A DNA stretch of 64,000 nucleotides from a virus. Lineage: Duplodnaviria > Caudoviricetes. Within the stretch, counting starts at the first letter, position 1, and each line of letters begins with the position of its first letter. The stretch is taken from IMG/VR virus record IMGVR_UViG_3300031998_000010; one strand, 5' to 3'. Below are positions 63,529-64,000 of this stretch, piece after piece. The notes under the pieces were generated by a model, which saw only the letters and a program-made list of their open reading frames with translations, did not search any database and was not told where the DNA came from. The translations under genes were made by a program, and so were the position numbers.

Positions 63529-63733
63529 CTCTCATATCTGCCTCGCTTTCTATAAGACTATTCCATTCCTCAACCGCCTGCTCTTTTGTTTTATTCCAAG
63601 TAACTTTCTTGTTAAATTTTCCACATTTGCAAGTTCCTTGATAACCAAGATTTTCATAATCGGAACCATAGTCATATTCACTCACAAATAACCAACTATC
63701 TTTGCAATTAGGACAAGGCAATAACTTTTTCAT
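63491..63733 (-). CDS. Lar-like (restriction alleviation family) Zn protein
   Basis: LLPCPNC..CKCG..AVEEWN. Confidence 0.55.
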   Translation of the reverse strand: MKKLLPCPNCKDSWLFVSEYDYGSDYENLGYQGTCKCGKFNKKVTWNKTKEQAVEEWNSLIESEADMRGDKNDTKKLQKS

Positions 63734-63897
63734 TCTTTATCTTCTCTCCTATCTCTGCGTTCATACTTCTCGATAATATCAAGTGCTTGTTGAAGTCCAT
63801 TAGCAAACTCTTGTTTTTCAATACTACGATATTGACGATTTACAGTAATCGTATGTTTGATTTCATCTTTTACAGCTTTTACATATTTATCTGTCAT
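63730..63897 (-). CDS. hypothetical protein (55 aa)
   Basis: hand-translated MTDKYVKAV..; AAGGAG RBS. Confidence 0.6.
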   Translation of the reverse strand: MTDKYVKAVKDEIKHTITVNRQYRSIEKQEFANGLQQALDIIEKYERRDRREDKE

Positions 63898-64000
63898 TAT
63901 TCATCACTCCTTAGATTGAACAGGAACTACCCAAAATTCGTGATAACTTCCTTCGGGGTAATACTCTCCATCCCAAAAGGAAATACCAAATTCTTCTGCA

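Noticed and set aside
63730-63897. YVKAV as another capsid leader
   Set aside because: Located in the early-type array and followed by Val rather than a small residue; likely chance
1-64000. Stop-codon reassignment
   Set aside because: Long genes are intact under the standard code, and TAA, TAG and TGA all terminate genes

Overview
A 64-kb AT-rich segment of a large contractile-tailed (myovirus) phage, almost all on the minus strand. The host is probably a Bacillota/Clostridia bacterium (strong GGAGG RBSs; CHAP, GH25, M23 and SH3 cell-wall domains). Left to right: an SbcC/Rad50-like ATPase; a ~2.4-kb non-coding RNA array (3.0-5.5 kb); small regulatory genes (XRE HTH, a possible RNAP-omega homologue); a T4-like head module (gp13-like neck, gp23-like major capsid, gp21-like protease/scaffold) with many small accessory genes; a multi-gene tail-fibre/RBP cluster; baseplate; tail lysins; tape measure; tail chaperone; and a dense array of small early-type ORFs. 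Portal, terminase, sheath and tube are not recognisable in this window. Two things stand out. (1) The RNA array holds one canonical tRNA (Trp) plus four tRNA shells with a replaced or expanded anticodon/variable domain, five co-varying ~36-nt H-type pseudoknots ending in NCCA, and further CCA-ended stems. (2) At least 12 unrelated small proteins share an N-terminal leader ending [VI]-x-A-[ST] or a close variant, a motif also repeated in the capsid, protease and core proteins. This suggests an Ala-specific capsid-targeting/maturation system packaging ART-like, HNH and Dps-like cargo. Two phage-specific promoter motifs (AATCGTTAT and AACCTTW) are also evident. All calls are by-eye motif recognition; no searches were run.
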